IMG/VR virus record: IMGVR_UViG_3300006217_002764
DNA from: a virus
Lineage: Duplodnaviria > Heunggongvirae > Uroviricota > Caudoviricetes
DNA length: 32,182 nucleotides
Reading direction: 5' to 3' (one strand)
A program made the translations under genes and the position numbers. This document shows, one piece after another, positions 1 through 8,505 of this stretch; positions within the stretch are counted from its first letter, which is position 1, and each line of letters starts with the position of its first letter. The notes under the pieces are model-generated. The model saw only the letters and a list, made by a program, of their open reading frames with translations. It did no database searches and was not told the DNA's origin.

Positions 1-16
1 ACCGGCGTCAACCATG

Positions 17-70
17 CGCTGACAACACGTAAACCGCTACGCTGACAACACGTAAACTATGCGCTGACAC
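17..70. repeat. Iteron-like tandem repeats, CGCTGACAACACGTAAAC x2 plus a partial third copy, period 22-23 bp
   Basis: Exact 18-bp copies at 17-34 and 40-57; CGCTGACAC at 62-70. The array may continue left of the window. Confidence 0.75.
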
Positions 71-460
71 AAGACAGGTTTTGTTTTCGAATCCCTTCGT
101 GAAAACGAACCTCGGCTTACAGTCGGAACACTGGATGCCGGTGTGCGCGTGTTTTTTACCGCGTAAGGAAGGCGCGATTATGCGCGTAGTACGCGCCGTC
201 GTTCGCCGAACGCGGCCTGAAAAACGGAAAACCGTGCAAAAACAGAGGGGTTTGGTGTTAGCAGGCTGCATGACGTGGGGTGTGGCCGCGATGAAACTGT
301 ACGGCATGTGCCGCATGGCATGCGCACCATGAGCGTCTGGTAGATACGGAGGATCCGGGCGTGGTGTACATGAATTACTATTTTTCGGTGGTTTCGCGTA
401 CACCTGTTTGGCGGAGACAATCGGCTAGGGTATGTGTGGCATCCGGGGACGCGGCCGTTG

Positions 461-1054
461 TCAGGCTGGCGTGATGTTCACCGCCCCGTGTCCGGTTGCG
501 TCGAGTAGGACGAGCCAACTGACCGGGTGGCGGCGTTCGTAACGGAGTTGGTCGCGTTCGTCGCGCAATCGTAGGTATTCTTGGTTCCATTGGTTGTATT
601 GGTCGAGCACTGGTTGTGGGCGTAGGTCGGTGTGGCAGACGGGGCACTGGTTGCGCCAGCTTTTTCGGGTACCGCAGTATGCGGTGTTGAGCGTGGAATG
701 GCAGTGCGGGCAGGTTACCATGCCATCCGTGGCGTCGTCCGCGTGGTGCGCCCAGTAGGGTTCGTTGCGTTGTTCCAAGCGGCCGCGCAGTTCCTCAAGC
801 TCCCGATTCACCGCCAGTTCACGATCACTGGGGCCCAATGGGGCGCTGTGTTCGTCCCGGTAGCGTACCGCATGGAATCCGGTGGGATCGTCATGGTCGG
901 CGAGCCAGTCGATCGCATCCCGGGTCGAATCGAGGACGGGTGTCTCATGCAGGATGACCGGTTGGGTGGGCGTATGGTTGGCTGTGCACCATTGGTTGAC
1001 GTAGGTTTGCAATGCCTGCTGTGTGGCATCGCTGGTCGCGGTGATCAGTTTCAT
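461..1054 (-). CDS. Hypothetical protein with C-terminal zinc ribbon (CPHC...CPVC), 197 aa
   Basis: ATG at 1054 preceded by AGGAGG; MKLITATSD...; starts further upstream would overlap the higB promoter. Confidence 0.7.
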   Translation of the reverse strand: MKLITATSDATQQALQTYVNQWCTANHTPTQPVILHETPVLDSTRDAIDWLADHDDPTGFHAVRYRDEHSAPLGPSDRELAVNRELEELRGRLEQRNEPYWAHHADDATDGMVTCPHCHSTLNTAYCGTRKSWRNQCPVCHTDLRPQPVLDQYNQWNQEYLRLRDERDQLRYERRHPVSWLVLLDATGHGAVNITPA

Positions 1055-1131
1055 GGGGGGCCTCCTGTTTGTGTTGATTTTACCGGTTTTCAGATGTGCT
1101 CGCATGCCGCGATATGTTACATTCGCGTGTA

Positions 1132-1179
1132 AAAGTTCAATTTCGGCGTGAAAGTTAAATAATCGGCAGAAAGTTAAAT
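1132..1179. repeat. Three ~19-bp direct repeats, AAAGTT(A/C)AAT-N-TCGGC
   Basis: Copies start at 1132, 1151 and 1170, between divergent promoters. Confidence 0.65.
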
Positions 1180-1193
1180 GCGGATTGCCTGAT

Positions 1194-1226
1194 TCGACAG
1201 ATTGTAGCACATATGCTACAATCTGT
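1194..1226 (+). promoter_or_regulatory. higBA promoter (TCGACA-17-TACAAT, extended TG) overlapped by a 13-bp perfect inverted-repeat operator
   Basis: ACAGATTGTAGCA (1197-1209) cata TGCTACAATCTGT (1214-1226); -10 at 1217-1222; GTG 8 nt downstream. Confidence 0.8.
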
Positions 1227-1229
1227 ATT

Positions 1230-1574
1230 GTGAACAGAATCCAGTTCATCGTCCACATTCAAGACGACCGCAGCAGCCCCTACCTTGAATGGCGGGACGC
1301 CCTGCCAGCCAAGGACCGGCTCAAACTTGACGCGACCATCCTCAAAATCAGCCAGTATGGCCTTGGTGTCGCGCTCAAGATGCAATGGGCCAAAAAACTG
1401 GACGCGGACATCTGGGAAATCCGCTCCCAACAATCCAACAACATCCAACGCGTCTGCTTCTTCCACCGGATAGGCGACCAATACGTCATCACGCACGGGT
1501 TCACGAAGAAAACGCAGAAGACCCCACGCAACGAAATCAAAAAGGCGCACGACATCATGCGCCAATACCAATAG
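1230..1574 (+). CDS. higB: RelE/HigB (Gp49-like) toxin, probably leaderless
   Basis: WEIRS...QRVCFFH...YVITHGFTKKTQKTPRNEI motif; toxin-first order ahead of an HTH gene. Confidence 0.88.
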   Translation: MNRIQFIVHIQDDRSSPYLEWRDALPAKDRLKLDATILKISQYGLGVALKMQWAKKLDADIWEIRSQQSNNIQRVCFFHRIGDQYVITHGFTKKTQKTPRNEIKKAHDIMRQYQ

Positions 1575-1588
1575 AAAGGACCTTCAAG

Positions 1589-1864
1589 ATGCCCACCACC
1601 ATTCCCTATGACATTCTCATCGAACAGGATCGCCGCGACCCACAGGCAGCCGCCTACATGGACGAGCAGGGCGCGCTCATGGACGCGGCCGTGGAGCTCA
1701 TGCTCGCCCGCGAAGCCGCCCACTTGAGCCAAGAACAGCTCGCCGAGAAAAGCGGAGTCAGCCGTATCACCATCAGCCGTATCGAAACTGGACGGATCAG
1801 CCCGTCGTTGAAGACACTGAGCCGTTTGGCGCAGGCCATGGGTAAACGAGTGGCACTCGTTTAG
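1589..1864 (+). CDS. higA: XRE-HTH antitoxin (HigA-like), 91 aa
   Basis: AGAAAGGA RBS; AREAAHLSQEQLAEKSGVSRITISRIETG HTH; directly downstream of the toxin. Confidence 0.88.
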   Translation: MPTTIPYDILIEQDRRDPQAAAYMDEQGALMDAAVELMLAREAAHLSQEQLAEKSGVSRITISRIETGRISPSLKTLSRLAQAMGKRVALV

Positions 1865-1869
1865 TATCT

Positions 1870-2427
1870 TCAGCAGGTTCGGTTGTTGCCGTCCAGTATC
1901 GGGTTCGCTTTGTTGAGCTGGGTGTACAGGGCGGACAGGTCGCTCAATGAGTACAGTGCGGTGACGAACATGTGCGCGGTGAGTGCCAGTGCGGTTGCCT
2001 GAAGTGTGTGGGTGATCCACCACCATGCGTGTTCCGGCGTGGGAAGCATCATTGAGACAAGCAGCATCGGTATTGCAAGGATACCGCTGGTGATGGCCGC
2101 GAGTATGTGTGCGGTCGTGCCGTCAAGCAACCATATGTCCGCGTCGTAACCTCGTGGTTTTGTCCGGTTATATGATTGCCTCCATATGGAAAGCTGCCAG
2201 AAGAAGACGAACAGTCCGATGGTGATCGCGCCGGCGGCGGTCACGATGGCGCCCGCCGATTGGCGGGGAATACCTTGGTGGAAGTTGAGCACGGCCGCCA
2301 ATATGGGCAAACCGTAAGTGCAAGCGAACCGTATCGGCATCACCCAATGCCTAGGCGTTTCCTCGTCGTCGAGCCAGGAATGCCGGAATGTCTTCCACTG
2401 CGCCCTGTACACGTTTGCCACAAACAT
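1870..2427 (-). CDS. Hypothetical membrane protein, ~4 TM, 185 aa
   Basis: GAGGG RBS; four hydrophobic segments. Confidence 0.75.
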   Translation of the reverse strand: MFVANVYRAQWKTFRHSWLDDEETPRHWVMPIRFACTYGLPILAAVLNFHQGIPRQSAGAIVTAAGAITIGLFVFFWQLSIWRQSYNRTKPRGYDADIWLLDGTTAHILAAITSGILAIPMLLVSMMLPTPEHAWWWITHTLQATALALTAHMFVTALYSLSDLSALYTQLNKANPILDGNNRTC

Positions 2428-2488
2428 GTTTTCCCTCTCGTCCTGTATCAGTCTTCGAGCTCATATAGTTCTTCGACCAGTCGCCATG

Positions 2489-2887
2489 TCATGCGTGTTC
2501 TCCTAATTGGTTTTCGAGGCTGCGGCATAATTCCAATGCTTTGTCCCATGCGGCGAGGAATCCCACAACGTAGGCTTCTGCCGGGGTGTTGAGGTTGGTT
2601 TGGTTTTCCGCAGTGAGGGTGCGGGTGGCGAGGCGGAGTGTGTCATGCGACCAATGATCGTTCTGGTCGCGGGTCCAGCAGCAGGTACCGCACACCCATG
2701 TGTCCCCATCAAGGTTCATGAGGCGGCCGCATTGGATGCAGTGCGGGATGGCTGGTTCGGTTTTGTCTACGGCACGGTCTTCGCAAGTTGGGCATACGTA
2801 CACCCAGCCGTCGGCGCCGTCAAGACGGTTGCGGTAGATGCGATCGAGGGTGCTGTCGCATGTGGCGCAATGTGTGTGGTCGCTCAT
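2489..2887 (-). CDS. Double zinc-ribbon hypothetical protein, 132 aa
   Basis: AAGGAG RBS, ATGA overlap with upstream gene; CATC, CPTC, CIQC, CGTC pairs. Confidence 0.75.
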   Translation of the reverse strand: MSDHTHCATCDSTLDRIYRNRLDGADGWVYVCPTCEDRAVDKTEPAIPHCIQCGRLMNLDGDTWVCGTCCWTRDQNDHWSHDTLRLATRTLTAENQTNLNTPAEAYVVGFLAAWDKALELCRSLENQLGEHA

Positions 2888-3204
2888 GCCTGCTCCTTTA
2901 TGGTTGTGTTGGCGATGGATGCCAGTTGGGTTGTGGCATGCTCTGCGATGGTGTTGGTGTCGGCGATCAGGTGCCGGCGCAGTGGGCTGGAGCTTGTGTA
3001 TTCGGCCGTCAAATCCGCGAGCAGGATGCGGATTGCGTTGCTCGCGTCCGCCGCCATATGCCGCAGCATGATTGTTTCCTCCGGCGTGGCTGTGGCGTGG
3101 GCGCGTTTGATGATGCGTTGGCCGTACCGGATTTCCGACAGCAGGGCCGGGTGTGTGCAGCGCAGCCAGATGCAGGTAGGAAAACAGTGGGATATTCGGG
3201 ACAT
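2884..3204 (-). CDS. Hypothetical protein, 106 aa
   Basis: AAGGAG RBS; TGATG stop/start coupling. Confidence 0.7.
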   Translation of the reverse strand: MSRISHCFPTCIWLRCTHPALLSEIRYGQRIIKRAHATATPEETIMLRHMAADASNAIRILLADLTAEYTSSSPLRRHLIADTNTIAEHATTQLASIANTTIKEQA

Positions 3205-3758
3205 CAGTTCTCCTTGTCATGCGGCGTCGGCCAACGGGTGAATTCCCGGTCATTCACATTGAGGTATTCGTCCATCAGGGTGAACAGAATGCTGCGTCCG
3301 CCGCCAAGCAGGCTGCGCCACATGCCGCGCAGGAAATCCTCACGGCTCATCGTGTACGGGTCGAGGCGCATGAGTTTGCACAGCGCGTCACCGTTCTCGT
3401 CGACGCGGGCGATCTGAGTGGCTACCCATACGAGGGTGTAGGCCATCATCTCCCGCCATCCCTGCGGGTTGCCGCATCCAAGTCCAATGACCTGTTCCGC
3501 CGCCTTGTCCAAGTCGTATTCGCCCATGAGGAGCATGTTCAACTCATTTCTGATGGCGGTCAACTGGTTGGCAGGGTCAGGGTCATGCGGCAGGGGGATT
3601 TCAAGCGTGTAGCCGGTCGGCGCACGTAATGAGACGGTGGTGGTGCCGTCCTGCTCGGTGATGTCGAAAGTGGCGTCACCGTCCGCGAATCCCAGATCAG
3701 TGAGCAGGGCGTGCAATGGATGCTCGAACATTGGTGTGGGAAGGTTGTCGCTGTTCAT
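3204..3758 (-). CDS. Acidic hypothetical protein, 184 aa
   Basis: AAAGGAA RBS; ATGA overlap; part of a coupled operon. Confidence 0.75.
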   Translation of the reverse strand: MNSDNLPTPMFEHPLHALLTDLGFADGDATFDITEQDGTTTVSLRAPTGYTLEIPLPHDPDPANQLTAIRNELNMLLMGEYDLDKAAEQVIGLGCGNPQGWREMMAYTLVWVATQIARVDENGDALCKLMRLDPYTMSREDFLRGMWRSLLGGGRSILFTLMDEYLNVNDREFTRWPTPHDKEN

Positions 3759-3970
3759 GTTCTTTCCTTTCGGTTATGGCGTAGGAAACTGCGGCATTGG
3801 CGGCCAAGGCCCATGAGGCTCAGCCCGATGCGTGACGTGGGAAACCAGAACTTGGTGGCGATTGGCTTGTCCTTGTTCTTGGTGCGCCACCATTGTTTGC
3901 AGACCGGGCACTTGTATACATCCCAGAAGCATTCGGTTGCCGGTGGCAGTTCGCAATGTCGTGGAAGCAT
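3755..3970 (-). CDS. Small basic Cys-containing protein (CPVC), 71 aa
   Basis: GGAG RBS; stop coupled to the next gene. Confidence 0.6.
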   Translation of the reverse strand: MLPRHCELPPATECFWDVYKCPVCKQWWRTKNKDKPIATKFWFPTSRIGLSLMGLGRQCRSFLRHNRKERT

Positions 3971-4021
3971 TGTTTTACTCCGCTTCTCTGTTGTTGGTGG
4001 TGTTGGTGGTGGCCATATGGT

Positions 4022-4984
4022 CTACCTGATGGTTTGTAGTTGTTTGAAAATGCTTTCGAGGATGGGCACGGGCATGGAGTTGCCGGCTTGTTTGTACAGT
4101 GTCCCGTTCATGCGATGGGGTTTGCCGGGGTTCGCTTTCAACGCGGCGTTGAAATCATTGTCGGTGAATCCTTGGAGCCTCCAGCATTCGCGTTCGGTCA
4201 GGTACCTGTAGCAGCCTGGGCTTGTTTCCAAGACACCGCTGTTGGGGCATCGCATCTGTTTGGTGGCGATTGTCATGACGTGATCGGTGATGACAGGTAT
4301 GTCGCCCCTGAACCCGGTCTTGGACCTCACGCCGATTCTGGAGAGTATGCTTGGCTGGGTCACTTTGTATTGTGGTTCGTCTGTATGTTCAAGGAACTGT
4401 CCGATTGGCCGCATGGGTGTGTGTTCCAGACGGTCGAAGGAGAAGGGGGCTCCGTGGAGGATGCTGACGGTGAATACACGTTTGCGTGCTTGCGGCAGTC
4501 CGAAATCCATCGCGTTGAGTGTGTCGTATGTATTCGCATACCCCATGGCGCGCATTGCTGTCAAATACTTGTCGAAGTTGTGGCGCATGTGTCTGGATAG
4601 CACGTTGGTGACGTTTTCCCAGATGACCACACGGGGTTTCCATTCGCCGAGGTTGCGGATGATGCGCAAGGTCTCCCACATGAGGCTGGAACGGGTTCCG
4701 CTGCCTTCGTCCGCTCCTTGCTGGCGGCCGGCGATGCTGAAGTCCTGGCATGGGCTGCCGTGTACGAGCACGTCCGGACGCAGGTTCCATCCTCGTATAT
4801 CCTGTGTGTGGTACCGGAGTTCGTTGGCGAACATCGCGTTGTATGATCTCACGGCTCTCTCGTCGACCTCCACATAGTCGATGGATTTGACGGGTACGCC
4901 AAGGTTGCGGTAGGCGCATCGCGGAGCGCCGATACCGCCGAACAGTTCCAGGATCTGCAACTTGTCCTTGTTGGAATCGTTCAC
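4022..4984 (-). CDS. dcm: Orphan C5-cytosine DNA methyltransferase, 320 aa
   Basis: Motif I LELFGGIG, IV GSPCQ, VI WENV, VIII QARKRVF, IX RECWRLQGF, X KQAGNSM; no adjacent endonuclease. Confidence 0.95.
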   Translation of the reverse strand: MNDSNKDKLQILELFGGIGAPRCAYRNLGVPVKSIDYVEVDERAVRSYNAMFANELRYHTQDIRGWNLRPDVLVHGSPCQDFSIAGRQQGADEGSGTRSSLMWETLRIIRNLGEWKPRVVIWENVTNVLSRHMRHNFDKYLTAMRAMGYANTYDTLNAMDFGLPQARKRVFTVSILHGAPFSFDRLEHTPMRPIGQFLEHTDEPQYKVTQPSILSRIGVRSKTGFRGDIPVITDHVMTIATKQMRCPNSGVLETSPGCYRYLTERECWRLQGFTDNDFNAALKANPGKPHRMNGTLYKQAGNSMPVPILESIFKQLQTIR

Positions 4985-5211
4985 TTGGTTTCCTTCCCTT
5001 CCATGGGGTGTTCCCAGTCACACGACAACCCGCCGGACGAATACCCTTTGTAGACTGCGCAGGGGATACGGCGCCCGTCCTCTGTAGTGAATTCTTCGTA
5101 GTGCAGACCTGTTCCCTCGTTCGGATTATCAGGTTCCCAGACACAACCGCTCAGTGTGATTACCGTGAGGGCGGCCAGTGTGGCGGCAGTGATTCGTTGT
5201 GCATGGTTCAC
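4981..5211 (-). CDS. Small lipoprotein of actinophage type, 76 aa
   Basis: Signal peptide with lipobox LSGC; C-terminal GGLSCDW. Confidence 0.75.
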   Translation of the reverse strand: MNHAQRITAATLAALTVITLSGCVWEPDNPNEGTGLHYEEFTTEDGRRIPCAVYKGYSSGGLSCDWEHPMEGKETK

Positions 5212-5226
5212 GGTGGGTGCCTTCTT

Positions 5227-5580
5227 TCAGGGTCGGTAGCGTGGTGGGGCGGTGATGCTTGATGGCAACGGTCCTTCCTGCTGGATTCTGGTCGGCATGG
5301 GCGTGTGTGGCATGTGGTGACGTTGGCGCCATAGGCGTATGCAGATGAGCAGCATGCCGGCGGCGGCCAATAGGTTGAGACCGACTGTGAGCCAGTCTGG
5401 GTTCGGTTCGCACAGTTCCATGATGATTGCGCCGGTGTTGGCGAGTGTGTTGGCCGGGGGCAGCCAAGTGACACAGGGGTCGGTGTATGCCGGCCGGTGG
5501 TTCAACCGGTCTTGGTGGAGGCGATGGCACAGCTGGAATGCGAACCCGACTGCCATGCCGTTGAATAATACGGGCCACAT
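5227..5580 (-). CDS. Hypothetical membrane protein, 117 aa
   Basis: AGAAAGG RBS before ATG 5580; hydrophobic segments. Confidence 0.5.
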   Translation of the reverse strand: MWPVLFNGMAVGFAFQLCHRLHQDRLNHRPAYTDPCVTWLPPANTLANTGAIIMELCEPNPDWLTVGLNLLAAAGMLLICIRLWRQRHHMPHTPMPTRIQQEGPLPSSITAPPRYRP

Positions 5581-5680
5581 GGGTGAGCCTTTCTGTGATG
5601 AAGTGTTCGGGGGCTTGTTATTGGCATGCGGATGGGAGAGGGCGTGATACCGGTGCGCAAGGAGACGATATGATACAACC

Positions 5681-6175
5681 ATGCTTGATTTCAATGCTGA
5701 GAAGCACTATAGGTTCTCCCGTCTGCTTGTGGAACAAGGTTGGACATTCCGCCGGGAGACGGTGAATGACCGTGACGCCGCGGATCGTCTGGTATCCGAT
5801 TCCATTGGCCCTTCTGCTGTTGGACCGGATCAGGAGGGTATTGTGGCGGTGGCGCCCAATGGGCGAATTGGCGGTGTCATCCGGTATCAGGCCTTATATT
5901 TCCCAAAGGGAGTCCGTGTGTTTTTGCGTGCTGTCGCAGTAGTGGGGGAATACCGCAGACAAGGGATTGCCACTGTGCTCATTAACTTGTTTGGCACGGT
6001 CCTGAGGGCCCATGGCAATCCGGTGGCGATTGGCAATTGTGAGCAGCGTATGCGGTTGCTGTATGAGGATTGCGGCTATCGGGTGTTGCCTCCAGGGATG
6101 CCTTTTGTGGATCCGGTTCTAGGAGTGTTGTACTGTTCGGGTCAAAAATTTGATTGCTGGTTTGCAAATGTATGA
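5681..6175 (+). CDS. GNAT-family N-acetyltransferase, 164 aa, probably leaderless
   Basis: Motif A LRAVAVVGEYRRQGIATVL, then LYEDCGY; TATGAT -10 at 5669-5674, 7 nt before the ATG. Confidence 0.85.
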   Translation: MLDFNAEKHYRFSRLLVEQGWTFRRETVNDRDAADRLVSDSIGPSAVGPDQEGIVAVAPNGRIGGVIRYQALYFPKGVRVFLRAVAVVGEYRRQGIATVLINLFGTVLRAHGNPVAIGNCEQRMRLLYEDCGYRVLPPGMPFVDPVLGVLYCSGQKFDCWFANV

Positions 6176-6253
6176 TCGTTCCTCCCAGTGCTTGTATGTC
6201 CTGATCGAATGATGATGATTGGGGGTTGAGCCATGTCCGTGGTTTGTCTGGTT

Positions 6254-6475
6254 TCATGATTCCTCCTGCTGTTGGCGTGCTGCCGTACATCGCACATGGT
6301 TGGCGTGGCAGCAGTTGTTGGTGCATGTGGGGCAGTGCCGTCCGACCGGGCACTGGTACAACCGATGGCGTAACCGTGGTGTGTGGCGCAGGTAGTCCTC
6401 CGCGCTCTGGTAGCCGTGAGCGAGGGCTTTGCGTTCCAACGCGTTGTAGCGGATGGTGGTGTAGGTGCGGCTCAA
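6254..6475 (-). CDS. Small Cys/His-rich protein, 73 aa
   Basis: AAAGGAG RBS, TTG start; CPVGRHCPTCTNNCC. Confidence 0.6.
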   Translation of the reverse strand: MSRTYTTIRYNALERKALAHGYQSAEDYLRHTPRLRHRLYQCPVGRHCPTCTNNCCHANHVRCTAARQQQEES

Positions 6476-6491
6476 GAGGGTTCTCCTTTGA

Positions 6492-7274
6492 CTAATGGAT
6501 GTAGGTGTATTGGGTGGCGTCCGTCAGGGTTCGGTTGGAGATGACGCCCAGACCTTGCGCGTTGCTTTCCGAGATGGTGATGCTCCCGTCCCCGTGCGCT
6601 TGTTCGACGATGGCGACATGCCCATACGTTAGGTCGGCGCCGGCCTGGCCGGGTTGGAACACGATGATCGCGCCCACTGTGGGTTGGTGGCTGACACTGT
6701 AGCCGAGCCGTGCGGCGGATGCGGCCCATGCCTGCCCGTTGCCGAAATACGATCCGACAGGCAATCCAAGTTGGTGGCGGCGCACGTACGCCCACCATGT
6801 GCATTGCCCCCACGGGTACGCGTTGCCGCTGTCGCCCGTGGCGGTTGGGGTGCTGGTGCTCGTATCGGCTGGTATGTCAGTGGTGTTGAGCAGGTCCACG
6901 GTCTGTTGTGTGGCTTTCGCATGATGCAGGTCAGTGGGTTCGGGTGCGGTGCGGGTGAGCCGGTCCACGTCGATACGGTCATTGCCCATGGTCCATGTGC
7001 CGGTGGAATCCACACTCACCGCCGCTACTCCGTCAGCCAACGCCTCACGGGTGGCATCACGGGATACGGTTGGCCCGTCCACACTGCGGGTGACGGCGGG
7101 GGTCGGGCTGCGGTCGGGTACGCCGAGCGCGGTGGGGGTTCCGGGCATGGTGAGCGCGCACGTGGCGGCCCCTGCCAGTAGTGCCGCACCCATCATGCCG
7201 TCTGTCCATTTGCTGATGCGGGCCCGCCTCCGGTGTTGGCGTCGGGTCAATGGTTTTGCATGCGCACCGCTCAT
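6492..7274 (-). CDS. CHAP-domain peptidoglycan amidase with N-terminal TM anchor, 260 aa
   Basis: YPWGQCTWW catalytic Cys, GHVAIVE His, ISESN; N-terminal basic plus hydrophobic anchor. Confidence 0.92.
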   Translation of the reverse strand: MSGAHAKPLTRRQHRRRARISKWTDGMMGAALLAGAATCALTMPGTPTALGVPDRSPTPAVTRSVDGPTVSRDATREALADGVAAVSVDSTGTWTMGNDRIDVDRLTRTAPEPTDLHHAKATQQTVDLLNTTDIPADTSTSTPTATGDSGNAYPWGQCTWWAYVRRHQLGLPVGSYFGNGQAWAASAARLGYSVSHQPTVGAIIVFQPGQAGADLTYGHVAIVEQAHGDGSITISESNAQGLGVISNRTLTDATQYTYIH

Positions 7275-7288
7275 ACTCTGTGTCCTTT

Positions 7289-7651
7289 CTACTCGTCGTA
7301 GCCGCGCAATTGCCGGACGTAGGCGACGGACCCCAACCCGCCGGTGAAATCAAAACCAGGACGGGGCAGGTCGGCGGCCGTGACGGTCCGATGTGGGTGC
7401 GATGTGAACCGTTCGAGGCGTTCCACCCGCATGATGCACTGCCTCCCGTCATGGGTGATCAACCCGCGCACGTCCACGACACTGCCTTTGCCCAATCCGC
7501 ACGCCATCGTGGCGAGCCGGTCGGGGATGAGCGCATGCACGATCATGCCGCCACGGTCGGCCATATCGAAACTGTGCGCGTACACGCGGGTGACCACGCC
7601 ATGCACACGCCCGTAGGTGCGTCGTGTCTTGTGGCTGTTGGGGGTCATCAT
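7289..7651 (-). CDS. Possible OB-fold nucleic-acid-binding protein, 120 aa
   Basis: GGAGG RBS; beta-rich pattern VHGVVTRV...LGKGSVVDVRGLI...MRVERLE (fold is an inference). Confidence 0.55.
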   Translation of the reverse strand: MMTPNSHKTRRTYGRVHGVVTRVYAHSFDMADRGGMIVHALIPDRLATMACGLGKGSVVDVRGLITHDGRQCIMRVERLERFTSHPHRTVTAADLPRPGFDFTGGLGSVAYVRQLRGYDE

Positions 7652-8043
7652 TCGTCCTCCAAGGTCTCGTTGTCGTTCCACCATTGCGCGGCGCGTGCGC
7701 ACAACCGTGCCTCCAGTTCGCCCACGGTCCGTTCGTCCACGTTCGGGCAGTACCGGCGGCATGTCAGGGTGGCGATGTCGATCAGCGCATCGTCGGCCCA
7801 CCCGTCCCCAGCCAAGTCCATGAGCTCGTCGTCGAGTTCGTTCCATGTGCGGACAACGGCGAATACTGTGTCACTGTCCCCACATTGCTCGCACGGTGTC
7901 TCGATCCGCTGCCGTTGCCCTTCCACGTCGGTCTGCATGGGTACGGCCAACAGGCCGCCCATGTGGGTGGTGACGATGAGGATCGGCGGACCCAAGAGCA
8001 GGGTGGTGCCGGTGTCGTCGGCCGGATTGGGGTTCGCGTTCAT
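7648..8043 (-). CDS. Acidic hypothetical protein (CEQC), 131 aa
   Basis: GAAAGGA RBS; coupled stop. Confidence 0.7.
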   Translation of the reverse strand: MNANPNPADDTGTTLLLGPPILIVTTHMGGLLAVPMQTDVEGQRQRIETPCEQCGDSDTVFAVVRTWNELDDELMDLAGDGWADDALIDIATLTCRRYCPNVDERTVGELEARLCARAAQWWNDNETLEDE

Positions 8044-8068
8044 AACCGTTGTCCTTTCACATGTGTGG

Positions 8069-8254
8069 TCAGTCGAACAATGCATCCACGGGGTCGGGTG
8101 TGTCCGGCGCCGGGGGAGGGTTGGTGTCGGTTGGGGTGGACAGGATGTCTTTGATGACGCATCCGCTGATGCCGGTGATGAGGTGGATTTCCGCGACACT
8201 GCATCCCTGGCCGTGCAATGTGCGGATGTGCCGTATGGTCTTCGCTGAGGTCAT
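8069..8254 (-). CDS. Small HTH-like protein, 61 aa
   Basis: AAAGGA RBS; IRTLHGQGCSVAEIHLITGISGCVIKDIL resembles a resolvase-type HTH. Confidence 0.6.
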   Translation of the reverse strand: MTSAKTIRHIRTLHGQGCSVAEIHLITGISGCVIKDILSTPTDTNPPPAPDTPDPVDALFD

Positions 8255-8502
8255 GGCCGGTGTCCTTTGCCTTGGCATTGAGGGCAGACCGCGTCGCGTC
8301 CGTCCACGATGAGCCACCCGTCGATGGAGAGCACGTTGTGGGTGACGCATCGGATCATCCGCCCGCAGGATATGCACAGCACCTGCCAATGCTCCGCGCA
8401 CCGATGGTGGTGGTGGCCGAGCGCGTCCACATAGTGCTGCCAATACTGGTTGCCTTCGGCATATTGTTTGCCGCACAGGTCGCATGGTTGGTGTGTTCGC
8501 AT
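8251..8502 (-). CDS. Zinc-finger-like protein, 83 aa
   Basis: CDLC, CISC, CPQC; GAGGAG RBS. Confidence 0.7.
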   Translation of the reverse strand: MRTHQPCDLCGKQYAEGNQYWQHYVDALGHHHHRCAEHWQVLCISCGRMIRCVTHNVLSIDGWLIVDGRDAVCPQCQGKGHRP

Positions 8503-8505
8503 GGT

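Noticed and set aside
17-70. Possible CRISPR array
   Set aside because: Period is only 22-23 bp with 4-5 nt between copies, so there are no spacers, and no cas genes are present
84-100. TTCGAATCCC resembling a tRNA T-loop
   Set aside because: No T-stem pairing, acceptor stem or anticodon arm can be built around it
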